Source: Lingula anatina (taxonomy: Eukaryota; Animalia; Brachiopoda). Taken from it: DNA of 64,000 nt. Location of the stretch: NCBI GenBank assembly GCA_051362555.1, contig CM120641.1, positions 24,372,401 through 24,436,400 of the forward strand, read 5' to 3'. How positions within the stretch are numbered: position 1 is the first letter of the stretch; every line of letters starts with the position of its first letter. A program made the translations under genes and the position numbers. The notes below the pieces were generated by a model. That model saw only the letters and a program-made list of their open reading frames with translations. It had not been told where the DNA came from and made no database searches. Positions 26,653 through 38,886 of this stretch are shown here, in pieces.

Positions 26653-28315
26653 ATGGAGCTCTCTCAAGTCGGAGACCAAGTGTTCGCTGCGGAAAGCATT
26701 TTAAAGAGAAGGATTCGTAAGGTGAATAATTTATACCAGCATCTCTTAATATTGGATTTAAGCCATAGTGGCTATAACAGCGTTAAAACTGCTCGATTTT
26801 TCGTTGCAGGGCAAGGTGGAATATTTGGTGAAATGGAAGGGATGGAGCTTAAAGTAAGTATCGGGCGAAGGGGAGTTTCTCAACATTTACGGATTGTCCC
26901 CTCGGCCACTATGTACCAGATGAAAAAAGAATCCTTCTTCTTTCAGACACTGCACATGGGAACCGGCAGACAACATTCTGGACACTCGGTTGTTGGAGAA
27001 TTTCAGGCAACAGTTACTGAGGTAAGTACGTCTTATTCAATATGGCCGCGCTACGATTTCCCAGTCTGTCGGCGTAAACTGCACGGCAAGTTTTATTATT
27101 ATCTCTTGTATCTTTTCATGAATCCTTCTTGTTGTATTTTTAGAGAACAAGAGAAGGGCTCGCCTTATAAACGCAGGGGTCGAAAACCCAAGTGGTTACT
27201 TGATCAGGTGAGTATTAATTCGTTAAAGCTAGTCGGGGTCTGTTATTTGTGGTATATTTTCAGTTTAGCTCGTGACCTGCCTTTATTTTCGAATTGTTTC
27301 TCTAAAGTGAAAGCTTCCTGGTTGAGGTAGACTACAGTAAAGGAGAGTTTAAATTGTGTACCATCTTTTAAAATTGCAGCAGGCCCGACAGCGAGCGGCT
27401 GAAGGACAGCAGAAACGAAATTCAGAGAGCGATCAGGGAATTACGCGTCATGATAATAGTGGCGGATATGCAGGTGACCTGCTAACAGCAGACGACACTT
27501 TTAGCTCGCGAGCTTTTAGTAGCGATAAATTTTTAAGAGAGGGAAAAAATACCACGACTTCACCTGGCCAAGCAAGAACAGGGTACAACCTAGCCCTGCC
27601 CCGTCGAAAAGTGGGCCGGCCTCCGAAAAATCGACTTCAGATAAAAAGACCACGGGGACGCCCTCCTAAAAATGCCAACACTTTTTCTGGTGTTTTTTCA
27701 TCGGTCAAGCAAAACTCAGGGCAGAATTTCGACAAGACATATAATTTAACGCCAGGATTCAGTGGGGCTTTCTCAGATAAGGGAGTGCCATCGAACGTTG
27801 GGGTGAGGAGGCTTTCCCCCTGGGGAAAAACTCAGAGCAGCGGGGGTGTCTTGCCCCGAAGTTTTTCCACAGGGATATTAGATGAGGGCGATTGCATAGA
27901 GGAGACGTCATCTGTGTCCTCTTGTTCCACAGTGTCCTACGATGGTTACGATGACGTTAATTGCCAAAGCGTTGACGCATCATTAGATCTGAATGTACAT
28001 GTATCCCCATCCAAACAAAATAACGAAATGCACGAGAATTGTAGTACATCGTTACAATCCACGTCATTAACAACAAACGGAAATAGTGTGACTGCTCTCC
28101 CGAAGAGTCGTTTCCTAAGAAATATTGGTGATATAGAAGATGAGAAAAGCTTGGGTAAAAAACTCCATTGGCATCCCTCTGCTGAAGTGACGTCAACTTT
28201 GGATTACGTATTCATCACTGACGTCACGTCACACCACACGACTGTGACGTTCCGAGAAAGCGTGATCAAAGACGGATTCTTTAGAAATCGTGACGGAGAA
28301 GACATCGAAAAGTGA
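26653..28315 (+). CDS. CBX: Polycomb-type chromobox protein, paralogue 2, ~395 aa. Exons 26653-26721, 26810-26853, 26947-27021, 27144-27207, 27380(or 27383)-28315
   Basis: Spliced chromodomain [64 protein letters not shown] and two GRPPK AT-hooks follow. The Pc box reads HWHPS...FITDVTSHHTTVTFRES...GFF. Intron positions and phases are the same as in paralogue 1. Confidence 0.95.
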
Positions 28316-31300
28316 AATTAGTGTGGGAAAATTTTGTTTTAGAAATAGAAGCTTCCTAATTTCAAACGGAGGCATTATTTTCTTCCTTCTCTTGGTCTGG
28401 CTTTTGGTCGAAATTAGCTCGCTTTTCGTTCAAATTTTTTTTACATCTCCTCTTATTTAAATTTTACACCCGCCCTGGCTAGTTTTCAGCTAGATTAATA
28501 AACACACACATGATATATACAGTAAATATATATTTGTAACACCACTAGGGGCGATAGGGTTTCTTTCTAAGCCAGCTCAACCACTATCATATTATGCTGT
28601 GAATTTTGCTTGTTCGATCAAAGACCACTTCAGAGTATAAGTTACTTTGAGTTCGTGTGCCGGGGGAAGTTCCGCATGTTGCGAGAAAAAGTGGAAGCCT
28701 CGAAATGACCAGTAAATCAGTGTCTACAATGTGAAACTACTGTACAATGAAGGATATCTTATTCCATCGCTCTGGTTATTTCATCGGGGGTTTATTTTCC
28801 AATTTATGGGAATTCCACGACGAAAACATTGTCGGTGATCCAAGACGCCATCACCGTCATATGAACAGGGTAAACCATGATCATTCTTCTGATATATATT
28901 TCGTGACTTTGTGGAGGAATGCATGCAACCGACCCTAGTGAATTTTTTTAATCACCAAGCACCAACAATATTACCTATTGGGGATAGCGTTATTATTTCA
29001 CTCCTCAGCGCCGTGTATGTGCATTTGTAACTGCGCTTCTGTATATAAAACACTTATTTATAACTACCTGTGCAAGGATGCACAGCTGATACGGACGATA
29101 TACTTTGTAAACGGCCATGGATATGTATACCCTCACGTTTTTGTTTTATTACACACAATATGCATAGGGGAGTTGCTTGAAGGGGTTACCTGAGTACATA
29201 TTCAGAACGGGTGTTTAACTTTTGTTGTAGAGGGGGGTTTATTTTTTCATATATAAATTAGGTTCTTATCCGGGATATTATCGTATTATCATGTTTTGTT
29301 GACTTTGTCATAACACTGTATTGTATCCAGTCGACTGATGTTCGCATGACGTGGGAAATATGATCACTCTTGTAAATACAATAGGTGTGCGTATGTAAAT
29401 AGAAATGTATATGGCACATCGTTAAAAGTCTCTCTCTCTCTCTCTCTCTCATGCAACTCTAGTACTAGTCTTATTTCAGAAATAGAATTTAAAGATAATA
29501 TGATAATTATTTTCATAGTAACAACTACGTCAAAGACATTGGGTGAGTGTGAGATAGCGTGAGTGAAAGTTGAATCATTTTTTACCTTTGTGTTTTAATT
29601 TCTTAATGAAAACGACAATTATAGTATGGGAGGAAGAGAGCGGAGGGAAAGGGATGGCGGAGAAAAAGGTGGACAGGGAGTAAATTAACACTGTTATATC
29701 GTATATCCTGTATATTGTATATCTCGTCATTTTCAGTTAAGTAAGCCAAACAATTCGGTAACAGCTGCACAAACATGTGATTTGTACCCATGAAAATTGT
29801 AGTCAAGAGCATAGAGGGAAAACGGCAGTTTTGCATTTAACTTATTTTCTGGCGCTTTCAAATCCATTTTTCAAGGCAAATGAGAACTAAAGATTGCTTT
29901 TCTTCCCTCCAATCCTCCAATAGTTCGATGAACATTTAGAGCATCTTCAGCAGGGGATGAGGTTATCCAGGCAAATAGCCTCTATCCCAAAGATATACTT
30001 CTGAGAAGATGATCTAGATTATATTGGAGGTAAACAACTATTTCAATACTACATGTAGCTGTTGATTATAGAAAAATTCACTGCTTTATTTGTTACATAA
30101 CATGTACATTTGATGAAATTCTTTTCTGAAATACGGACAAATTCGCACAAAATCTCCCCAATGAGACAATTGATAATCCAATCAGCTTGATCGCTTACAT
30201 TACCACATCTCCCCTTCGCATTTTGTCGTACATGGCCTAGTACTTTGCAGATTTTCTACAAATACCGGTAACTCCATTTAAGCATTTCGTTTATGAGAAA
30301 CTGAAGTCCTAAATTTCAATCGATTTCAAGATTCACTTCATTGAGTCAAAGATGTTAATTGTAACAGTCTCAAATTCTTGTCAGTAAAAAAAAAAACTCA
30401 CTGACCGATCTATATAATAAGGGTTTAAAGATATTTGTCTCGTTAATGTGAGGGGGAAGAAAAGAACTAATTCCATACCCTCTCTGCTTTTGGTTGTAGT
30501 TGCGATGCTTATATTATCTATAATACTCTTTTTGATATTGAATAAGAAAAGAAAAACATGGTGTTATTAGGCATAAGTTAAAACAGGGATCAGCGACCAA
30601 AATGGGGAGCTTCTTCTTCACAGATCGGCATCTGAAATCGCTGTCAAATGTTTTCATCAATCCTTGCAGCGTTAAAGCGTGTAAATCACAATCGACAACT
30701 GAAATATATAGAAAATACAATATAAAACAGCATACTGTAGCAGATTGCGTTCATTCTACGCTTGTTGTCGCCATAAAACTTTTTATGTGAACCATGTGCT
30801 TGTGAATAAATACAACACCAGGATTCATAATCACGCAATAAAATGCTTTAGTTTCGCATACACACGCGTGAGCAGCTACACGAAGCCGGCCAATTTGATA
30901 GATTACATTATTATCTAGAGCGTCCTAAATGCACATCAATTCCACATGATTCAATGTACTCATAGCCACACAACGTAATAATGGTTTTATACTTAGGCAA
31001 TGATAAGTTTTTATTATATCACTTATGAATGGAATTGCCCGCGCTGTAACTGCACAGGTACATGTACATATTATGTACACGATGCTCGCCCGCAGCCCAG
31101 TCATAATATGAGGCAAAGATAACTTCGCGCGTAATAGATCCTTGTGAAGTAAATTGAATATTCTATTTTTAAAAGAGTTGACTGTTTGCCAGCTACAGTA
31201 GCCTTCGCCGAGCACGACGTCGAATCAATACCTGGGTAGATTCTAACACGGTTCGATTGTAGAACGGCACGCTTTTTTGTTACATAATTTATCAATCAAC

Positions 31301-34300
31301 AAAACATGGTTGATGTGGACTAGAAGGCATCGACTTTTAAAAAAAAGTGACTGGGCGTAACTTCAAAATCACTTCGTGTGTTGGTGGTTTCTGAACCTCC
31401 GGCGACTGCGATTAGAGAGAAAAGACGGCGTGGTTTGTTTATGTAACTCGTTGTTACGTCGGTGTTGACGCATCGTTCTGGATTTGGTACTCAGCCAAAA
31501 GGGATTTAAAAATCGTGACTGGGAATAAATAGTGTTCAAGCAGCACGGGGTGATATCAATCGATACGTATTTTCAAATATCAGACAAGGAAATCGGCCCC
31601 CACATCGGATTGGTGAATGTCACGAATGATGCCAATAATAACTTTCACCTATTTATTGAGCAGTACGTGGATTTAGTTAATTGGCAATTAAAACCCCGCG
31701 AGCATAAAATAGTGTAAAAAGTTGGAAATTACATTTCCTCTTTAAAAATATTTTATACTCAACAGCACAGGTTTAGAATGTAAAGATTTTCACTTAGAGT
31801 CAAAATAAATGACTGCCGTCAAATATCGATATAAAAATACGCCTGGAATAAAATGTACTTGTAAGTACGGAAACGCTCTCTCCACCCCTCTATCTCATAC
31901 AGTTTATTACATTTATCAGTAATTGTTAAGGACTCTGCGTAGAAGGACTTTATATATCTAAGCTACATACATGCTGGTATAAAAAAACTATAACTAATGA
32001 CGTATTTTGATACATGTACGCCGAGTTTGAGCTAGGGCCATGTCTATACAATTGAAACTAAAAATAGCCAAAATCGCTGAAAGGGCAAATTGTCTAGTGC
32101 GCTACCGTTAACAAGAATAGACGCGTAACTGGCAACAATGAACATGAGTAAGAAATTGCAAATATAGATCATTTCCGTCATTTATTCACTGCCCAGGTCG
32201 ACAACATGATGTGTAGCGGTACTAAACAGAAGAGCATTAAAAGGCGAATCTGTCTATGCGTGATTCAGGAAATACCAGGGAACGTTTCCAGGAGACGTGG
32301 CCAAGTTTTCCGTTTCTCGGAGAGTGCGAAAGATAAATGATGGAAGGGCATTGCCGGGTATTTGCCTAGAAAACCAAGTTCGCGGACATCACTAAGGCTT
32401 CAGACTGGCTTGCACTAACGAGCGACAAACAGAGGCGTTGATAAGTGCGTTATTTTACCGAGTAGTTTCCGTTACAGGCCGAAGCAGTCAGACTAAATCA
32501 ATTTGTTGGATAAACAAATCAGTAATTAATCGTTCTAACTGTTTTCGCTAAAGATTCCCTATTTTTTAAGTGTGCTCTCGTCGTAAGTAATACATTTGGT
32601 GAGCAAATGCCACCTCCTTTTTTACCATCTGAAAATAATAACTCAGTTGCAAAAATAATACAAATAAATCTGTAAGTTGATTACCGAATTTGTTCTAGGA
32701 TCAGGGAGAAATTACAGGTTAAAAACGCCGAAGTAATTTACATACATGTAGATCTTTATAACATCTTCCCGGTAAAGGGTGCAGCCTCTTTCTTGTTGAG
32801 ACTAACCTGTGACTTATCAATTGGACAGTTCAAAAACGATGTATTTCGAATGCTTTTTTTTTAATTGATATTTGTTAATTTTTTTCTGTTAACTGTATTT
32901 ATGACACATTTTCAACAGTTATCCGAACTAGTGTCCTTCAAATAGAGTTTGCCTCTTTTGAAAGCGCTGTCCCATTGATCGATTGATTGATAACAAATTG
33001 CAGGGATTATGTTCATCATGTACATTTTGTAATTTGTTTTATAAATAAACAGTTAAAAGAAACCCGAATGAGGACAGAAAACGTATCAAAGAGACCTATC
33101 AACAAGGAAAGTGTGTTGTTTTAAAGACATTTAGTCAATGGCAACAAAGCCACGTTGTTAAGGCCTTTTACTATATAACCACGACAGTTTCAACAAGTGC
33201 GCCGGTAAATATTATACCCGCACGCACAGCACTATTGACCGATTTACATTTGAAAGATCTGCTTGAATTGAGCCTACTGTTGCCTGAAATAATCGAAGTT
33301 GCCATGACAATAATTAATAATGAATATTGTCATGGCAATAATTAATAGATAGCTTCATAGTATGCAGGTATGTCGACCCGCTATCTGCCATATGCGTTAA
33401 CTGGTGTCCTTTGTCTTCTTGGGTTTACAGGGGCCAAATGTTTTGCGGGCGAAGAGAAACGGTGTAAATAGAATATTTTTCTATTGCATCACTGTTAATA
33501 GTACACGTATATAGTGTACATTTGATTAAATATTTATTATTATCATTTATTGCGGTACAATTACGTGACTATGTTTGAACAGCAACAAATTCAACATATT
33601 TATGTTTTTGTGACCACAGTATTCAGATAACAAACATATTTAAATGTAAGTTTAATATTGAAACGCAGTCAATATACTGCAATCACTTACTTCGGGTACC
33701 TATTTAAATGCGTGTGTGAAGAGATGGAAACTGATAACACTTGTATTAAAACCCAAGGTGACTTTAGGATATAACGCTGTTCTGAATTTTGTAAAGTCTC
33801 TCGTTGCTCCACGGTCCCAGTATCTCATGGATAAATGGACTTAATGCACCTATGCAAAGCTGTTTTAGTGACACATTGTCTTCACTGGGAAAATGAAAAA
33901 ATACCCATGCGAATATGTATGTGAAAGCTATTGTAGAGCCAAAATTTTGCCCTTAGCAACATCATAAAAATATAACCATTATATGGTCCACATCAGGGTT
34001 GTAATGTACGTTAAGCATACTACCATGATTTGTGGCTTTCAGACGTGGGAATGTCTTTACAGAAAGCATGCAGTGTCATTTCTGACGTCGAGGGACGAAG
34101 CCGTTTTAAGTTTATTTATTCAGAATAGTCAGTGTTTTTCATGGCTTTCGATGTCCTGTCTCAGGTTATTTACAAGATTAAATTTAAAAGACACTCGGTT
34201 TTATATCATTATTCCAAAAAGTTAAACGACCTCATGAACTACGCTGTTTTCAATTGCTTCATTCAAAACAGTCACTTTTTTTTTCAATACCTGTTATATA

Positions 34301-35785
34301 AGTCATATATATATAAGTCATATATATATATATATATAAAAGATTATTTGTACATCACACATGAGCAAAAATATGAAAAAGGAAATTATTGCTTTTTGTA
34401 AACAAGTGACACTTTTTATTGTGTATATTCATAATACAGTATGAAAGGGCCCAGCGATGCCAGTCGCGATCTCATTGAAGATACACTATACACATATGAT
34501 AATGTCCCTTTTATATCTGGATAACCTGCAAAGTTGCTTATTTTTATCTTAAAAACGATGAAACCCTGATGTCTATAGTTGCTTACTCATTTGTAAAATG
34601 CTAAAAAAATAAGGCGGTTTAAACGCATGCTGATTAATTTGAAACCATTTAATTAGAACTTATTTAAAACATCTAAACCAGGTTCAGGGACGCCAAACGC
34701 TTCGTTTGTACCGTGCGAATAAAAATCCTCTTTTTTCGAGGAAAATTAAATTGGGCGCAAAAATCCTGTGTAAAATACCATTCAGAATAAAGAACTCAAC
34801 ACAGTTTTGTCATAACGTAATATAGCTTATGAAAATTTTGTTTGAGAATTCCTTTAACTTTTCAAGGCGGTAAAATAAAGTAGTCAACTTACCTGATGAA
34901 AATTGCATCCTTGATTTGGATAATTTTAAAATTTTCATCTTGTTTCCGATGTGACACATGGATATCATATCCAAAATAAATTTAAATAAAATGTCAATGT
35001 CCAATGTCAATGTTGAAAACTAAAGGAAGAAGTGATACAAAAAAAGTTAAAATTCTATCGTCTAATTATAATTAAATATCATACATGCAGATTTGATAAC
35101 AGAAAATTTAATAATATATATTTTTTCTTTTCAATTCTTAAAATTAACCCCTTACACGACAAATTACCTTTTATTACCATTTTATTATCGCACAAGTAGG
35201 CCAATACTTGCTATATTACTCATGGATTGAAATTTAGACACATTTTCTATTTTTCTATTTTAGATTTCCCCTACGAGCCTAATAATCTTATATCTGTGTA
35301 AAATTGTGCTTGATTGTTGTTTATTACTGGGCCCGGTTTCAAAAGAACTATTGTTCTAAACTAATATACCAAATACTGGAATTTAGGATATATAATTTAT
35401 TCACTATAATAAAGTAACTATTTATAAAACAGTGTAAAGTTTCATTAAAGTTGACGGACAAAATATAATTATGGTAGTGCTAATGAGAATGTGCTAGGTG
35501 AGACAAGTTTAATTTGTGACGGGTACTTTTATCTCTCCGTCCATGTAATATTCGCAGTGACGGCTAAAACAGTCTTTTCAGCCCTGCTTTAGTTTAAATC
35601 CAGTTTTCAATAATTCGTTTCATGCGTACCTCAAATGTCAAGTGAGGTCTCATATGACATGTATAATATTTAGCTTTTCATCTTGATTAAATACCACTTC
35701 CTGTCATGTATATCCAAATTTCACTATGTATAAATTTTGAATGTACATGGTTGTAGGGGTTGAGAAGGCTCGATTGACCCCACTC

Positions 35786-35788
<3 letters not shown>

Positions 35789-35824
<36 letters not shown>
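35789..35824. repeat. (CA)n microsatellite
   Basis: Seen directly in the sequence. Confidence 0.9.
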
Positions 35825-35830
<6 letters not shown>

Positions 35831-35845
35831 AACCGCGTGAAGTCA

Positions 35846-36094
35846 TAGGGGGCGTTACCATAAACCCATCACACAAGCTGGATCAATATAACTGTGGGGA
35901 TTCTCCCTAAATTGCATTCAATGTAAGCGCCTACTCAAACTGCAATGGGGTAATTATCGATAGTCAATTACCCCTAGTTACTCAAGGGGGCGTGCCAGAC
36001 AATTAAACTGATTACACTGAAAGCACTTTAGCAAGAAGCCCCACAGAGTTAGATCGATCAAGCTAGTGCGATGGGTTTATGAGAACGCAGTCTA
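35846..36094. mobile_element. ~250-bp MITE with imperfect ~50-bp terminal inverted repeats
   Basis: Left gcgttaccataaacccatcacacaagctggatcaatataactgtgggg versus right ccccacagagttagatcgatcaagctagtgcgatgggtttatgagaacgc. Confidence 0.7.
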
Positions 36095-36244
36095 AGTACA
36101 GGAGGCATGGGGGAAAGAGCCCTGTCCAATTTTTGAAGCCCAAAAATTGTATTGCGCGTACTTCTGGATGACTTGCTGATAATGTGAAAAAAGTAAAATG
36201 ATGTCATTTATTTGTGAATACTTCACTCACAATTCAGAATAAAC

Positions 36245-36245
<1 letters not shown>

Positions 36246-36286
<41 letters not shown>
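36246..36286. repeat. (AAT)n microsatellite
   Basis: Seen directly in the sequence. Confidence 0.9.
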
Positions 36287-37335
36287 TAACTATCTATACT
36301 TTAATTATACACATCATCTTAGGCACATAGTTTTACGCCGCCATCCTTCCTCCATGTAGCTAAATGTCTTTTTGTTCGGAATAATACCAACCCTCCTCCG
36401 CCCAAATTTGTTTCCAGTGCACCAGTATGTAATTGTAGATTTCGTTAAGCAACTACAAAATCCATGGTCAGGTCGCTTCCTTTCCTGGTAAAGAACCTCA
36501 AAGCGTTCGTTCTGAGTCACAGTAAAATGGTTCTTCCAGTCACCAGCTTTTACTGTAAAATAACACATTAAACAGAATCGAAAGGTAAAGCAAACAAAGT
36601 AAACTGTGTTTTCACCCTTAAGTTATTGGAATATACCAGTAATGAGTTGCAAAAATTAAAGATATACTCCCCTTTCAAAAAAGGGTCGTTCCCACTACAA
36701 AATGCGTAAAATGACATAGAAAAACAAGTCATAAAACAGTCCCTTTTTTTAAACTTAACTTCTGGAATGATTTTTTCCACTACAACCAGTGACTAAACTG
36801 ACCATAAAAAAACAAAATCGTATCTTAGTGTTTTGCACAGTATCCTTTGAATCGGAAATGCACCTCACGCGTCTGAGCATGGAGTCAAAAAGGTTCTATA
36901 CTGTTTGCGGAGTGATGGCGTTCCACCTACAAATGCAAAGATAATAATTATAAGATAATTTCTGTTTGCAGGGTTATCCCTCAGCAATCCTCTCCCGAGT
37001 ATGCCCCATGCATTTTGAAGGTTGTTCAGATCTGGGGATTGCGTTGGCCAGTGGAGGGTCTGGGTCTGGTTTGCATATGGCCAGCCTTCTTGTAAAATGG
37101 CTATATGTGGAGTGGCATTATTATGATGAACTATAACCGGGTGGTCATGCTCCCAGTTTCATTCTTGACGTATTCCTTTCGAGTGATGTATTGCTCTGCA
37201 TAAGGATCCCACTTTTTTCAAGTAGGGGAGTTTACATGTAGTACTGAGGTAGGAATGAAGAACTGACCGTTTAAATTATTTGTTTTCAGCACTCAGATGA
37301 TTAATTGACGAGCAACATACATAACATGTAGTTAA

Positions 37336-38886
37336 AGCCTAGATTATATTTATCATGCGATGTCCGTACGGTGCTCGTATACTGCCCCAAATCCCTTTTC
37401 GTGCGTCGTCTGTACGGAGACAAGCGGTGGCCTTGAGAATTCGTACGACATCGTACGAATTCAAGTAATTTTGTAATGCTAATACTTTGGACAATTTTTT
37501 TTTAAATCGTAAACTGCTAGGCCGTAGCGTTATCGTAGATGGGATAGCACAGTTCCTGTACGGGCAATGTTCGGTGGACTTTCGGTGATATTGATACAGG
37601 TTGAACCTGTTCTTGATCCCATTCTCTTCCACCTCGGTTTTAAGAGGCATAGCAAAAGTAAAGAAATCAGAGTAATACTTTTTTATGTATTTAAAGTCTG
37701 GCAACATGGGTGCTTAAAACCGTAGGGGGCTGTACAGACAACGTATCGATCTTCAAGGAAGCCGCACAAAAGGCGTGCGGCAACAGCACTGAGACTGAAA
37801 GGGCTACGTGTGATTACTCTTCAACCAACAACCGATTTTTCGTTACGCGACCTCTAGGTCATGTCGGAGAAATGACATGGTATCCGTATGTAAAGCCTCG
37901 GTCACAACCGGCCGTACGGGCTCTTACGGGCTGTTTGCGTCCAAATTTTGGGCAGAATCTCACTTCCCACGCAAGTCCTTCTTACGAAATTTCGAGTTCG
38001 CAGACACGTGCGGAGGATGTTGGTCATGTCCAAAAGATTCTACGAATAGCCTGCGAACAGCGAGGCCGTAAGCGTAATTTGCTTCCCTCGCACTGAGTTA
38101 GCAAGAGAGACGCGCGTTGTGCAAGACGCACGTCGCAAGCAATGAAGGAGCAAGTGCCCTTTGCGTGTTGAGTAAGGTGCACGCTCTCACGACTAACGAA
38201 CATAGTCGAGGGCACACCGGGAATGCGTCGCACGTGCGTCACCCCCACGTCTGGTGTATAAAAGGCTTGCTCACGACGCACGCTCGTGTCTTTACAATGA
38301 ACGTCGACTGTGTAACGTGTACAACAATTTTCAAAATTTTCAAATTTTTGCTCAATTTAGTTTCTAATATGCCTCCAAAAGGCAAGAGAAAGAAACTTAC
38401 ATAGTAGAAAAAAGGGAGGAGGAAGAAGAAAGAAGAGGAGAACAGGAAGCAAAATTGAAGTACGCCGTCAGTACGTCACCACAAACGTGTGAAGCAAAAC
38501 TGACGCAAACGGGCACTACTTTCGCCGTGCGTTGCATTCCCTTCGTAAGTGGCGAGTGTGTGCCACGTACACAGGAAGCAACACAAACTCAATAAATCAT
38601 TTAATGAGTACAATTTCCACGGCCATCGCTCCTTGCAATTAGCGTCCCTGCTTGAAAGGACATCTCATGTGGTCCTTGCAACTCGCAAGGCAGACTCTCC
38701 TCTACCTCCACGACCTCCACGGCCTCCGCAGCACCCAAAAATCGCAGGGGACGTACAATCCTGAAATTCGTGCGTCCGGTTGTGACCGAGGCTTAATGCA
38801 GACGTACTCGCCGTAGCACCTAGCTACCTACGATGGAAAAAAATCGTACGGAAAACCGTTTACGTATGGTAAATGAAATCTAGGCT
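37336..38886. mobile_element. Non-autonomous TIR DNA transposon (PIF/Harbinger-like) in the pseudogene intron; outer element
   Basis: TIRs agcctagattatatttatcat and atggtaaatgaaatctaggct, flanked by TAA and TTA. Confidence 0.65.
37894..38793. mobile_element. Nested 900-bp PIF/Harbinger-like non-autonomous element
   Basis: Perfect TIRs agcctcggtcacaaccgg and ccggttgtgaccgaggct, with a TAA target-site duplication on both sides. Confidence 0.8.

Noticed and set aside
27170-27200. RGRKPKWL resembles the bacterial H-NS DNA-binding motif
   Set aside because: It occupies the position of the ordinary CBX AT-hook-like motif; a short convergent match gives no evidence of transfer.
26620-27330. 236-aa continuous ORF across the start of CBX paralogue 2 (likewise 13346-13687)
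   Set aside because: Reads through introns; the correct chromodomain appears only after splicing at canonical sites.
37339-38764. Several ORFs of 64-128 aa
   Set aside because: They cross the boundaries of nested non-autonomous elements and show no DDE or other domain signature.
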